Positions 38,802 to 47,950 are shown, numbered from the stretch's first letter. The stretch is DNA of 64,000 bases from Chloroflexota bacterium (GCA_037444365.1 JBBIMO010000004.1:1061-65060), one strand, 5' to 3'. Notes: generated by a model not told the origin, from the sequence alone. Numbers and translations: made by a program.

Positions 38802-40334
38802 ATGAGAACAAAGAAGCAGTACATACAGGGTCTGGCAAAAATGAAGCGAAACGTTTACTACGACGGCGCACTGATCGACCGCACAGACGAGCTACAGATG
38901 GACTGCATAAACACCATCGGCACGACATTTGACGAGGCTCTCAAGCCGGAGAACCACGACCTATGTACCGCTATCTCTCATCTCACCGGCGAGCGCGTCA
39001 GCCGCTTCACTCATATCCACCAGAACACTGACGACCTGCACAAGAAGCAGGACATGACCCGTATGCTCTGTCAGAAGGTGGCTGGCTGCATTCAGCGGTG
39101 CATGGGCGTTGACGCCACAAATGCTGCCTACAACGTTTCCTACGAAGCGGACAAGATGAACAAAGGTGCCACACAGTACCACGAGAACTTCAAGAAATGG
39201 CTGATCCGGTTCCAGACCGAAGACTTGGTGGGCTGCGCTGCCCAGACAGACGTCAAGGGCGATAGAATGCTGCGGCCGGCTGAGCAGCCAAACCCAGATG
39301 CCTACGTGCGCATCAAGGAGAGACTCAGCGACGGCATTGTGGTCAGCGGCTGCAAGCTGCACATCTCCGAGGCGTCAGTTGCTGATGAGGTACTGGTAGT
39401 ACCAACACGCGCGCTGCGTCCGGAAGACAAGGATTACGCCGTGGCCTTCGCCATTCCGGCCGACTGGGACGGACTGAAGCAGGTTGTGACCATTCACAAC
39501 CTCAGACCCAGAGAACACTTCAAGCGTGGCTTCCTGCCCGGAGCTACAGATTCCTATATGATATTTGACGACTGCTTCGTGCCCTGGGAAAGGGTCTTTC
39601 TAGCCGGCGAATGGCAGCATGGTGGCGTCCTAGCCCTCCTCTTCGCCTTGTTCCACCGCCATTCTTATTCTGGCTGCAAACCAGCTCTTGGTGACGTACT
39701 TCTGGGAACTGCAGCACTGGCTGCCGAGGTCAACAACATTCACAAGACACCCGGTGTTCGGAAGAAGCTGGCTGACATCATCATGGTCACCGAACTGGGT
39801 TACGCGGCAGGCTACACGGCTTCCGACCTGGGCAGGCCAGAGGTCTACATCCCTGGGATAGGATTCGTTCCCTATGGCCCTGGCTCCTATATACCCAATT
39901 CGATTTACTGCAACGTCGGCCGCTGCCTGACTGGTGAGGCGGTCTACCATGAGGCAGAGATGCTCTGTGATATCACGGGCGGCGTCGTAGCCACCTTCCC
40001 ACACGAGAAAGATTTCCTGAACCCGGAGACACGTGGCTTGCTCCTGAAATACACAAAGCGCAATCCAGACATGCCCGTGGAGGACCAGGCACAGCTATGG
40101 CGTTATCTGGGTGACGTGCTCTGTTCAGCAAGCGGAGGTATACACAATGTGGGCAGTTACCACGGTGGTGGCTCACCTATCATGGAACAGATTGCCATCA
40201 CTACCCAGTACGACATCGAGTCCAGGAAGAAGCTGGTCAGGCATATTGCCGGAATGAGCGGTGGCGACCGTGAAGCCCTGAGCAAGAAGATGACCTCTCC
40301 AGGCAAAGCACCTGCCAAGACAGCTAAGCGGTGA
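38802..40334 (+). CDS. 4-hydroxybutyryl-CoA dehydratase (AbfD) / 4-hydroxyphenylacetate 3-monooxygenase (HpaB) family flavoprotein
   Basis: MRTKKQYIQGLAKMKRNVYYDGALIDRTDEL N-terminus is typical of the AbfD/HpaB family. About 510 aa. GAGGAGG RBS precedes ATG 38802. Confidence 0.65.
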   Translation: MRTKKQYIQGLAKMKRNVYYDGALIDRTDELQMDCINTIGTTFDEALKPENHDLCTAISHLTGERVSRFTHIHQNTDDLHKKQDMTRMLCQKVAGCIQRCMGVDATNAAYNVSYEADKMNKGATQYHENFKKWLIRFQTEDLVGCAAQTDVKGDRMLRPAEQPNPDAYVRIKERLSDGIVVSGCKLHISEASVADEVLVVPTRALRPEDKDYAVAFAIPADWDGLKQVVTIHNLRPREHFKRGFLPGATDSYMIFDDCFVPWERVFLAGEWQHGGVLALLFALFHRHSYSGCKPALGDVLLGTAALAAEVNNIHKTPGVRKKLADIIMVTELGYAAGYTASDLGRPEVYIPGIGFVPYGPGSYIPNSIYCNVGRCLTGEAVYHEAEMLCDITGGVVATFPHEKDFLNPETRGLLLKYTKRNPDMPVEDQAQLWRYLGDVLCSASGGIHNVGSYHGGGSPIMEQIAITTQYDIESRKKLVRHIAGMSGGDREALSKKMTSPGKAPAKTAKR

Positions 40335-40508
40335 AGGGTGAGCCTCTTCCGGAGATCCTAAGGGCTTGCTGGCTCACCAGCCTGTGCAGGTGGTCTCAGG
40401 AGTCGCTGCCGATATGTGTCGGCGGCTCTGTGCTGTCGAAGTCATGTGCCCTGCGGTATCACCTGAAGCCTCGATTCATGCTTTCCGGCTGTGAAGCGTC
40501 CCGTCCAC

Positions 40509-41669
40509 TCAACTCCGGCCCAGCCGGTGAGATACTCTGTCCTCCGTAATCCCCAGTCTGGCAGCAATCTCCTTCTTATCCAGCCCCTGTCTCTCTAGCC
40601 TGAACACATCCGCTGTCTGCCTAGCCTTCTCCTTCTTTCTGCTGGCTATTTCCTTCATGTAAGACAGGTCTGCTATGTCTCGTGTTTCTATGAGCTGATT
40701 CTTCTCCATGCCAGCAAAGACCTTTTGGCCCTCGTCAGTCCTGATTATTACCGTGGACCACCTGCCTGGCGAGCTCACACTTCCGACGGCGACATCGGCC
40801 AGCTCAGCAGCAAAATCCTGGCAGACCAAGCAATGCCTGGGGACACAGCTCTTGACCTCGGTTATAGGCAAGGACAGCTTCTTCCCACCGGCATAGACAT
40901 TGAACTCGTCTGAGACGTCCAGCTTATCTACATGCTTGATGTCCAATCCCCTTGATCTGACCCTCTCCGCTAGGCAGGTGTATTCGTAGTTCTCGCGACA
41001 GAACACTCCCAGCATTAGTTTAACCGACGATGCCAGAGGCAAGCTTTTGTACTTCAAGTACCTCACCGATTGTATGTGGCACGGAGAACCCACAACGCAG
41101 ATTCGGCTCAGCCCGCGGTCAACAACAGCAGCTCGCAATTCTTTCAGCACCGGCACCACACCGTATTTGCTGCCGGCTGCCAGTACAATCTCGTCCCTGG
41201 TCTTAGCAACACAGGCTACCGGTGCCCAGCTATCCCTACCCACTACCAGTGCCCCGTCTATGACGCCACTATCCAAAGCATACAAGAGCAGCGTGGTTAC
41301 AATTCCGCCATCCTGGCAGGCTTTCACAAGCTCTATGTCTTTTGTTCTTGCCACCAGAACACGCCTGTACAACCCTATGCTCTCCTTCTTCCCTGAGCCG
41401 ATGATGCCGGCCTCTATCTCCCTCATCAAGCTATGCCTGAGCATATAGCAGGCATCATAACAGATGTGACAACCCACGCAATCCATGGTACGCTTGGGCC
41501 GCTTGGGCTTGTTTCCAATAAACTTGATGTGAGAGTCGGGACAGGCTGTGATGCATGCCCCGCACACCGTGCATTCCTCTGTGTCTATTATCTTAGCCTC
41601 TAGATCCTCATAGCTCGGCATATTTTCATCCCGCTCACTGAACAAAAACCAGACTATTCTATCAGACAT
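40509..41669 (-). CDS. FrhB-family (coenzyme F420 hydrogenase/dehydrogenase beta subunit-like) Fe-S flavoprotein with two 4Fe-4S ferredoxin motifs and a C-terminal sigma70-region-4/LuxR-like HTH
   Basis: CTVCGACITACP and CVGCHICYDAC cluster motifs. FrhB-like core (QDGGIVTTLLLYALDSGVIDGALVV ... VVGSPCHIQSV ... GVFCRENYEYT). C-terminal LDKKEIAARLGITEDRVSHRL. Confidence 0.7.
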   Translation of the reverse strand: MSDRIVWFLFSERDENMPSYEDLEAKIIDTEECTVCGACITACPDSHIKFIGNKPKRPKRTMDCVGCHICYDACYMLRHSLMREIEAGIIGSGKKESIGLYRRVLVARTKDIELVKACQDGGIVTTLLLYALDSGVIDGALVVGRDSWAPVACVAKTRDEIVLAAGSKYGVVPVLKELRAAVVDRGLSRICVVGSPCHIQSVRYLKYKSLPLASSVKLMLGVFCRENYEYTCLAERVRSRGLDIKHVDKLDVSDEFNVYAGGKKLSLPITEVKSCVPRHCLVCQDFAAELADVAVGSVSSPGRWSTVIIRTDEGQKVFAGMEKNQLIETRDIADLSYMKEIASRKKEKARQTADVFRLERQGLDKKEIAARLGITEDRVSHRLGRS

Positions 41670-41830
41670 AGTCTAGGGATGTCAGATTCGCCCAGGATCA
41701 AATGTGCGGAATAAGAGCTTGACAAGCCGTATCTATACCTTCGCCCAGTACACACGAATCTTGAGGGTCCATAACCAAGCGAGGTTGCAAGGGCGAGCCT
41801 GGCACGCTGCGGATCGGAAGACTATCGGCG

Positions 41831-43534
41831 CTACTTCAGTTCCCCGCTGGCTTTCATTTTGGTTGTCTCTTCTTCCCTCAACTGCCTCTTGAATAGCTTC
41901 AGGGTAACGGTAACCGGTAGCTCTGTCCTGAACTCAATGAATTTGGGCACAGCGTGAGCTGGCAACTTTTGCCGGCAGTGGGCGATTATCTCTTCGGCTG
42001 TCACTTTGCCTCGGAACTCCTCTTTCAACCTGACGAAAGCTTTTATTCTTTCGCTGCCTGGACGCTCCGGGTCGGGAATACCAATCGCCACTGCATCACC
42101 CACCGCGGGGTGCTCATACAGAGCATCATCAACCAACCTGGTATAGACCTTGAGCCCAGAGATATTGGCCATGTCCTTGATGCGGTCCGTGATATAGAAA
42201 TAGCCATCCTCTTCCATCTTAACCACATCGCCAGTAGGTAACCAGCCGTCAACAAGCCCTTTGCCCACCTCAGGCCAGTAGCCAATCATAATCTGCGGCC
42301 CACGAACCCACAGCTCACCCTCTTTCCCCAGGGCAGTCTCCTGACCAGTGTCCAGGTTCATGACTTTCACATCCGTGTCTGGCAGGGGTATTCCTATCGA
42401 GCCGAATTTCTCGAAAGGCATGAAGCCCGTGATCCTGGAGAAGGATGAGAGGTTTATGTGTGTACCGCCGCCAGTCTCCGTAAGACCATAGGCCTCGGTT
42501 ATGGGAACGCCGGTTTCCTTCCTGAACTTCTGGGCAATTTCGGGTGCCAGAGCTGCAGTCGTGGACACAAACATCGTGTTGATCCTCCCCAGCCCGGCCG
42601 CCACCAGCCGGGAGTATTGAGTCGGCACACAGGCACAGAAGAAGGGACGATACTTCGTGAGCATCTGCACCAGCGTATCAATATCCCTGGGATCAGGAAG
42701 CAGATATTCTTTGAGCCCCCAGTAAACACCAAACTGCATTATCAAGTGGCCATAGGCATGAAAGAGAGGAATCGGTATCATGGTCGAAACCTTTCCCCTG
42801 ATTCCAACTCGCAAGGGCTCATACGCCCAGGCCACCTGCATGACCGCCACAACGCGATTGTAATGCGTTAGCATCACCCCCTTGGGTATACCGGTGGCAC
42901 CGCCGGTGAACGGCAACACAGCCAGATCCTTCATCGGGTCGATATCAACATCGGGAGGCCTGGGCTCATGGCTTGCTATCAGATCACGAAACTGGTAGGC
43001 ACCCGGCAACCGTTCCAACGTCGGTTCCTCAGAGGAATAGTCCTTCACGGAGGTAACTACTAGATTCCTTATCCTGGTCTTGTCCTTAATCGCCTTTACC
43101 GTCTCCAAAGACATTTCGGCGCAGATGACCGTCTCAGCACCCGACTCGCCTATCTCGTATGTCAGATCAGCTGCCTTATGCATGACGCTGCAGGGAACAT
43201 GAACTGCGCCCGCTTTCATAATCCCAAAGTCGCTTATCATAAACTGCGGGCAATTTGGCAGAACGGTGGCCACCCTGTCGCCTTTCTTGACTCCCAGGTC
43301 AGCCAGTGCCGCAGCCAACCTGTCGCTGAGCAACTGCAACTCGCCATATAGGATTTCTTTCCCCAGATAGAAGCAGGCGGCTTTGTCAGGAAACTCGGCC
43401 GCAGTGGCATCGAGAAGGCTGTGAACAGTCACTTTAGGATAGGGCTCCTTCGTGTGTGGAAGCTTATACGGCCCCATCTTGTATTGCTTCAGCCAGGGTT
43501 TTTCAGCCATAGCAAACATGATCCCGTCACTCAT
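41831..43534 (-). CDS. AMP-dependent acyl-CoA synthetase/ligase
   Basis: 567 aa. AMP-binding motif LPFTGGATGIPKGVMLTH. Start ATG overlaps the upstream AOR stop (ATGA). Confidence 0.85.
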   Translation of the reverse strand: MSDGIMFAMAEKPWLKQYKMGPYKLPHTKEPYPKVTVHSLLDATAAEFPDKAACFYLGKEILYGELQLLSDRLAAALADLGVKKGDRVATVLPNCPQFMISDFGIMKAGAVHVPCSVMHKAADLTYEIGESGAETVICAEMSLETVKAIKDKTRIRNLVVTSVKDYSSEEPTLERLPGAYQFRDLIASHEPRPPDVDIDPMKDLAVLPFTGGATGIPKGVMLTHYNRVVAVMQVAWAYEPLRVGIRGKVSTMIPIPLFHAYGHLIMQFGVYWGLKEYLLPDPRDIDTLVQMLTKYRPFFCACVPTQYSRLVAAGLGRINTMFVSTTAALAPEIAQKFRKETGVPITEAYGLTETGGGTHINLSSFSRITGFMPFEKFGSIGIPLPDTDVKVMNLDTGQETALGKEGELWVRGPQIMIGYWPEVGKGLVDGWLPTGDVVKMEEDGYFYITDRIKDMANISGLKVYTRLVDDALYEHPAVGDAVAIGIPDPERPGSERIKAFVRLKEEFRGKVTAEEIIAHCRQKLPAHAVPKFIEFRTELPVTVTLKLFKRQLREEETTKMKASGELK

Positions 43535-45387
43535 ATCTTATCGATTACATAATTCAGATTCAGATCCCTCAGCTTCTGTGGCGTTGGCTTTCCGGTTCCT
43601 TTGTCCCAGCCACGGAATTCATAGTAGGCATCCAATGATTGGTCCAGTTTCTTCACACTATGTCCCTGGGCAGCACCCTCGGGCAATGGCTCTTCAAGCA
43701 ATCGCTTGGGCAGGGTATCATCCGCCCTGGTCAGCCCGTCCCTGACACTGAACGCCCTCGCCAGGTTATAAACCCTTTCCCCGACTTTTCTGAAATCGCT
43801 AACGCTAAACTCCCAGCCGACGCAGTTGACTATCATATCAACCCAGTCTTGGGTAGCCAGTGCCATACCCATGAATTTGCATGTCCCTGCGCAATCGAAG
43901 ACAGTGAGGGTATCCTCGAGATCCTTGACCACCTTAGCCTCGGCGGGATTTTCTACTATCCAATCTTCGATCCTGCTATCCTCAACACACGGGAAAGGAA
44001 TGTCCACAAAGGCTGGTCCTTCAACATAAGCCGTGATATGGTCGCCGCCCCGGTTGGCAGTGGCAAATGCCAGACCGCATATCTTGGCCGCCCTAGGGTC
44101 ATAGGCCGGCAACTCTAGGCCTTTGACGTGCATGGCAAATCTTTCCGCGCCTTTGCCCAGCTTCGCCGCTGCTCTCTTAGTTCCCTCAGCCAGCAGGTCA
44201 CCAATGCCTTCCCTTCTGGCTATCTTGTGTATGAGCTGAATGACAACGCCTGGCTCACCGAATTTCAGTTCCAGCCCACCGGTATCAGCCTTGGTCAGTA
44301 TCCCTTTTTCATAACACTCCAAGGCAAAGGCTATAGTACTCCCTGTGGAGATTACATCCAGCCCGTAGTCATCGCACAGGTTATGTGCCAGTGTCACTGC
44401 CTCAAGGTTCTCCAGCGCACACATGGCACCAAAGGCGCCGATGGTTTCAAACTCGGGCCCCTCCCCCTTACAAGCATAAGGACCGCTTTTCACCACGCTT
44501 ACTCTGCCACAGCTAATCGGACAGGCGTAGCAATGCTTCCTATCCACCAGCAGCGTGCTTGCCAGCGTGACTCCGCTTATCTTATCTACATCCGGGAAAA
44601 CGCCGGTCTGCCAGTTCCTAGTAGGAAACCCGCCCCTGACGTTGACCAGATCGGTAACCATGGCTGTCCCATAGGTCTCGAGGGTAATCTTCAGCAGGCT
44701 TTCATTTATCAGGTCATAGTTCCTCTTTGAGATTTGACTGAAGACATCATTGTTAGCTACCTTGATTTCCTGTGTCCCCCTGGCAGCCACTGCCTTAAGA
44801 CGCTTGGACCCCATCACTGTCCCCACGCCACATCTGCCAGCAGGTCTGTGAATATCGTTGAAAATACCGGCGTATTTGACCAGGTTCTCGCCGGCTATTC
44901 CAACGCAGGCAACGTTGAAGTCCTCACCCAGTTCTCCTCTAGTCAGCCTCGTGGTTTCACCCACACCTTTGCCCCAGAGGTGCCTGGCATCTTTGAGTTC
45001 GGCCTTTCCGTCATCTATCACCAGATAGACCGGTCTGTGGGATATGCCTTCAAAGATAATCCCATCGAAACCCGAGTTCTTCAGATAGACTCCCCAGCTA
45101 CCCCCCGAGTTCGCCTCTCCCCAGAGACCGGTCAAAGGCGACTTGGTAACCACGCAATACCTTCCGGCACTCGGTGATTCAGTGCCGGTCAGTGGCCCAG
45201 TCATGAAAATCAGCTTGTTGGCAGGTCCGAGCGGGTCAGTGCCTTTGGGCACTTCGTCGAAAAGGTACTTCGTGGCCAGTCCACTTCCTCCCAAGAACAT
45301 CCTGCAATCCTCTTCTCTGAGAGCCTCTGGTGAAACCTCACCCTTTGTCAGGTTAACCCTGAGTATCCGTCCCATATAACCGAACAT
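43531..45387 (-). CDS. aor: tungsten-containing aldehyde:ferredoxin oxidoreductase (AOR family)
   Basis: MFGYMGRILRVNLTKGEV ... KLIFMTGPLTGT closely parallels the AOR N-terminus. Start at ATG 45387 with AAGGAGAAG RBS. Confidence 0.85.
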   Translation of the reverse strand: MFGYMGRILRVNLTKGEVSPEALREEDCRMFLGGSGLATKYLFDEVPKGTDPLGPANKLIFMTGPLTGTESPSAGRYCVVTKSPLTGLWGEANSGGSWGVYLKNSGFDGIIFEGISHRPVYLVIDDGKAELKDARHLWGKGVGETTRLTRGELGEDFNVACVGIAGENLVKYAGIFNDIHRPAGRCGVGTVMGSKRLKAVAARGTQEIKVANNDVFSQISKRNYDLINESLLKITLETYGTAMVTDLVNVRGGFPTRNWQTGVFPDVDKISGVTLASTLLVDRKHCYACPISCGRVSVVKSGPYACKGEGPEFETIGAFGAMCALENLEAVTLAHNLCDDYGLDVISTGSTIAFALECYEKGILTKADTGGLELKFGEPGVVIQLIHKIARREGIGDLLAEGTKRAAAKLGKGAERFAMHVKGLELPAYDPRAAKICGLAFATANRGGDHITAYVEGPAFVDIPFPCVEDSRIEDWIVENPAEAKVVKDLEDTLTVFDCAGTCKFMGMALATQDWVDMIVNCVGWEFSVSDFRKVGERVYNLARAFSVRDGLTRADDTLPKRLLEEPLPEGAAQGHSVKKLDQSLDAYYEFRGWDKGTGKPTPQKLRDLNLNYVIDKI

Positions 45388-45433
45388 ATTTGCTTCTCCT
45401 TTCGCTTGCTCGCACGTGCCCATGAAGCCAGCT

Positions 45434-45706
45434 TTAGCGCTTCCCGAATTTTGCCTCCACAGCGTCCATTCGCCGCACACGGTGGATTGTCTCAAACGGC
45501 GCCTGCGTCAGCTGTAGGACTCTTTTCAACACCTTCTCACCGGGTGCTTCCCATTCACAGAAGTTTGTATCTGCAGCGAAATCACAGTAACTACATCTCC
45601 AGGAGACACCTTTCGGCAGGAAATTGGGGCGGCCTTGGCGCCCGCAATCAATTCCTCCTCGGTGAATGCTGCCTTGTGAACGACTATAGAACGTGGCATT
45701 TCTCAC
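45434..45706 (-). CDS. candidate small Cys-containing protein (GTG start) between Fe-ADH and AOR
   Basis: 90-codon ORF with GAGAAGGAA RBS 8 nt upstream of the GTG. C-x16-C-x2-C-x8-C spacing (CGRQ ... CSYCDFAADTNFC). No family recognised. Confidence 0.3.
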   Translation of the reverse strand: MRNATFYSRSQGSIHRGGIDCGRQGRPNFLPKGVSWRCSYCDFAADTNFCEWEAPGEKVLKRVLQLTQAPFETIHRVRRMDAVEAKFGKR

Positions 45707-45762
45707 GTCCCTATGGTTCCTTCTCGGATTCTTTTAAGACCAGCACGGTGGCTCCAGCAAAG

Positions 45763-46929
45763 TTAGAAGTCTATGCTCTTTCCTTCGTATGTGTAGTTGA
45801 AAAACCTCTCCGTCTCAGCGGCATTAGGTATCCTGGCAGAAACAATCAGCGAGCCGTCAGACATCACATTGTCTATTAGCTTCGCCATCGCCTTCCTGAA
45901 AACATCCGGTGGAATGCCGGCTTCCTTGATGCTTAGCGGTTGATTGATGTTATGAGCTAGCTTTCGTATAGCTTGCGCCAAAACTGTGGCCGCCCTTTTT
46001 CCTTTGGGTACTTCAGATTTGATAGCGTAAGCTATATCCGCCCACAGTTCTTCACGAGCCTCACCGATGAACTCTATGGTGTAAGGTAGAAACAGCCCTA
46101 CTGCCCTACCATGAGGAACATGGAACAGGGCACCCAGGGAATGACCGGCAGCATGTGCCATAGATGATAGTGCGTTGATGAACCCGATGCCTGCGATACA
46201 GGCGGCATTATGCATTTTTTCCCGCGCCTCCATATCATTGCCATCTTTCACCGCCCTGGGAAGATACTGGAAGACAAGCTGCATAGCTTTGATGCACAAC
46301 CCATCAGTGAAGTCGTTCCTCCAGGTGCAGGTGTATCCCTCGATTGCATGAGTCAGAGCGTCCATCCCTGTGTCAGCGGTTATTTGAGGCGGCATTGCCC
46401 GCGCCAGTTCTGGATCAACGATGGCAATATCTGGCACAATTTCCCGATTAATAAGGCTCAGCTTTCTTTGGTCGGCTGTATCGGTCAGCACTATGGCAAA
46501 AGTCGCCTCGGCACCGGTGCCCGAAGTCGTAGCAATGCAGACAAGCCTGCATTTGGCGCCCAGACCCAAGTCCGAAATGAAGGGGTTTATCTCCTCGGGC
46601 TTTATGTCTGGCCTCTCGTATTGAACTCTCATTGCCTTAGCCGCGTCCATAACTGAGCCCCCACCCACAGCAACAACCAAATCCGGTCCGCATTGATTCA
46701 TCAAAGCCACACCTTTCTGTACTGTCTGTAGCGATGGGTCAGGCTCAACCTCATCAAAGACGCTGGCATGTATCCCCGCCTGGGAAAGTTGTTCCTTGAC
46801 TTTGTCAATGAAACCAAGTTTCACCATGTTCTTGTCGGTAACGATGAACGCAGATGTGCCTTTCAATTCAGTCAAGTGGCTCAGTGCATCCTGTCCGAAA
46901 ACTACCTTGGGCACCACGAAGTACCACAT
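45763..46929 (-). CDS. iron-containing alcohol dehydrogenase
   Basis: 388 aa. GGGSVMDAAK glycine-rich NAD motif and His-rich metal site typical of Fe-ADH. Confidence 0.85.
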   Translation of the reverse strand: MWYFVVPKVVFGQDALSHLTELKGTSAFIVTDKNMVKLGFIDKVKEQLSQAGIHASVFDEVEPDPSLQTVQKGVALMNQCGPDLVVAVGGGSVMDAAKAMRVQYERPDIKPEEINPFISDLGLGAKCRLVCIATTSGTGAEATFAIVLTDTADQRKLSLINREIVPDIAIVDPELARAMPPQITADTGMDALTHAIEGYTCTWRNDFTDGLCIKAMQLVFQYLPRAVKDGNDMEAREKMHNAACIAGIGFINALSSMAHAAGHSLGALFHVPHGRAVGLFLPYTIEFIGEAREELWADIAYAIKSEVPKGKRAATVLAQAIRKLAHNINQPLSIKEAGIPPDVFRKAMAKLIDNVMSDGSLIVSARIPNAAETERFFNYTYEGKSIDF

Positions 46930-47034
46930 AACTATCTCCTCGCCACAAGTTCGCAGGTCGTCACGGCAGCTTCAGGCAAGCCACCAGACGACATCTGCTG
47001 TCAGTCCACCTGCGGCTTTGCATCGTATGGATAT

Positions 47035-47478
47035 CTAACTAGGGAATACGGTCTCAAATGCGGTCATGCCGTTGACCAGTTCCACGGCTGCCCTTGGCAT
47101 CTTCATGATTTGAGCCATATCACCTTTCACTTTGATCTTGCCGGTCATCATAGACTGAACCGGGTCAACTTTCTTGTCTAGTATTGCCTTCATGTTGGTG
47201 AAGGGGCCAAATATGCGATACTTCGGAGACTTCTCATTCTCGTCTGTGACCACTCGTGCTTCACGGCACGCGCCATGCCACAGATCAAGATACAAGACGT
47301 GCCTGTGTTTATACGCTGCGTCAGGTTCCACGATAATGTACAGATCCCCCTCCCAGTTCTTAGCTGCCTCCTTGTACGCCTGGCTGGTCTCCAGTGCCTT
47401 CTTCAGCGCATCCACCCACTCTTGTGACCCAAACAAAATAGCCATCTTGACCTCCTCCTGATGAATTTCATATGCCAA
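47035..47478 (-). CDS. SCP2 (sterol carrier protein 2-like) lipid-binding domain protein
   Basis: C-terminal MTGKIKVKGDMAQIMKM is typical of the SCP2 fold. The real start may be the internal MAILFGSQEW. Confidence 0.6.
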   Translation of the reverse strand: MAYEIHQEEVKMAILFGSQEWVDALKKALETSQAYKEAAKNWEGDLYIIVEPDAAYKHRHVLYLDLWHGACREARVVTDENEKSPKYRIFGPFTNMKAILDKKVDPVQSMMTGKIKVKGDMAQIMKMPRAAVELVNGMTAFETVFPS

Positions 47479-47581
47479 TTATACCATCTTAGCGTCGTCA
47501 GCAGGTGCTACGCAGACACTGCCACCTTGCCCCTGACGAAAGCTGGCTTACATCCAGCAATCACTGACAATACACACTGCT

Positions 47582-47950
47582 CTACTTCAGAACCATTATC
47601 TTGGAGATCTTGAGCAATAACAGAAGATTGCCACCAGACTTCAGCTTGCCAGTGAGCATAGCCACTATTGGATTCAGTTGGCCCGAACTGATGTGAGCCA
47701 GATTCTCAAACCCCGCTTCCATGTACGCCGTCGGCTTGGCTATGGCGTCGTTCTGCAACTCAAATCGGCCCCGATCAAGATGAAGCGTAACAGCTACGCC
47801 CGACGTCGATTCTTTGATGACCACGTTTCCCTTCGCTCTCTCAACGCTCTTACGCTTCTTAGGGTTCTTGAGGTTTGTATCCATGATTTCCTTGAGCATT
47901 GCACCCAGACCGTTGAGCTCTTGCCCTGCTTTTACCTCAACTTCAGTCAT
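47582..47950 (-). CDS. SCP2 domain protein (second copy)
   Basis: AMLTGKLKSGGNLLLLLK SCP2-like C-terminus. Start assigned to ATG 47950 (MTEVEV) after GGGAGGTG. Confidence 0.55.
   Translation of the reverse strand: MTEVEVKAGQELNGLGAMLKEIMDTNLKNPKKRKSVERAKGNVVIKESTSGVAVTLHLDRGRFELQNDAIAKPTAYMEAGFENLAHISSGQLNPIVAMLTGKLKSGGNLLLLLKISKIMVLK

Noticed and set aside
45406-45879. Plus-strand 157-aa ORF across the ADH-AOR gap
   Set aside because: Overlaps the Fe-ADH gene antisense. The translation is low-complexity (Ser/Arg/His-rich) with no RBS. The minus-strand 90-codon ORF is the better candidate.
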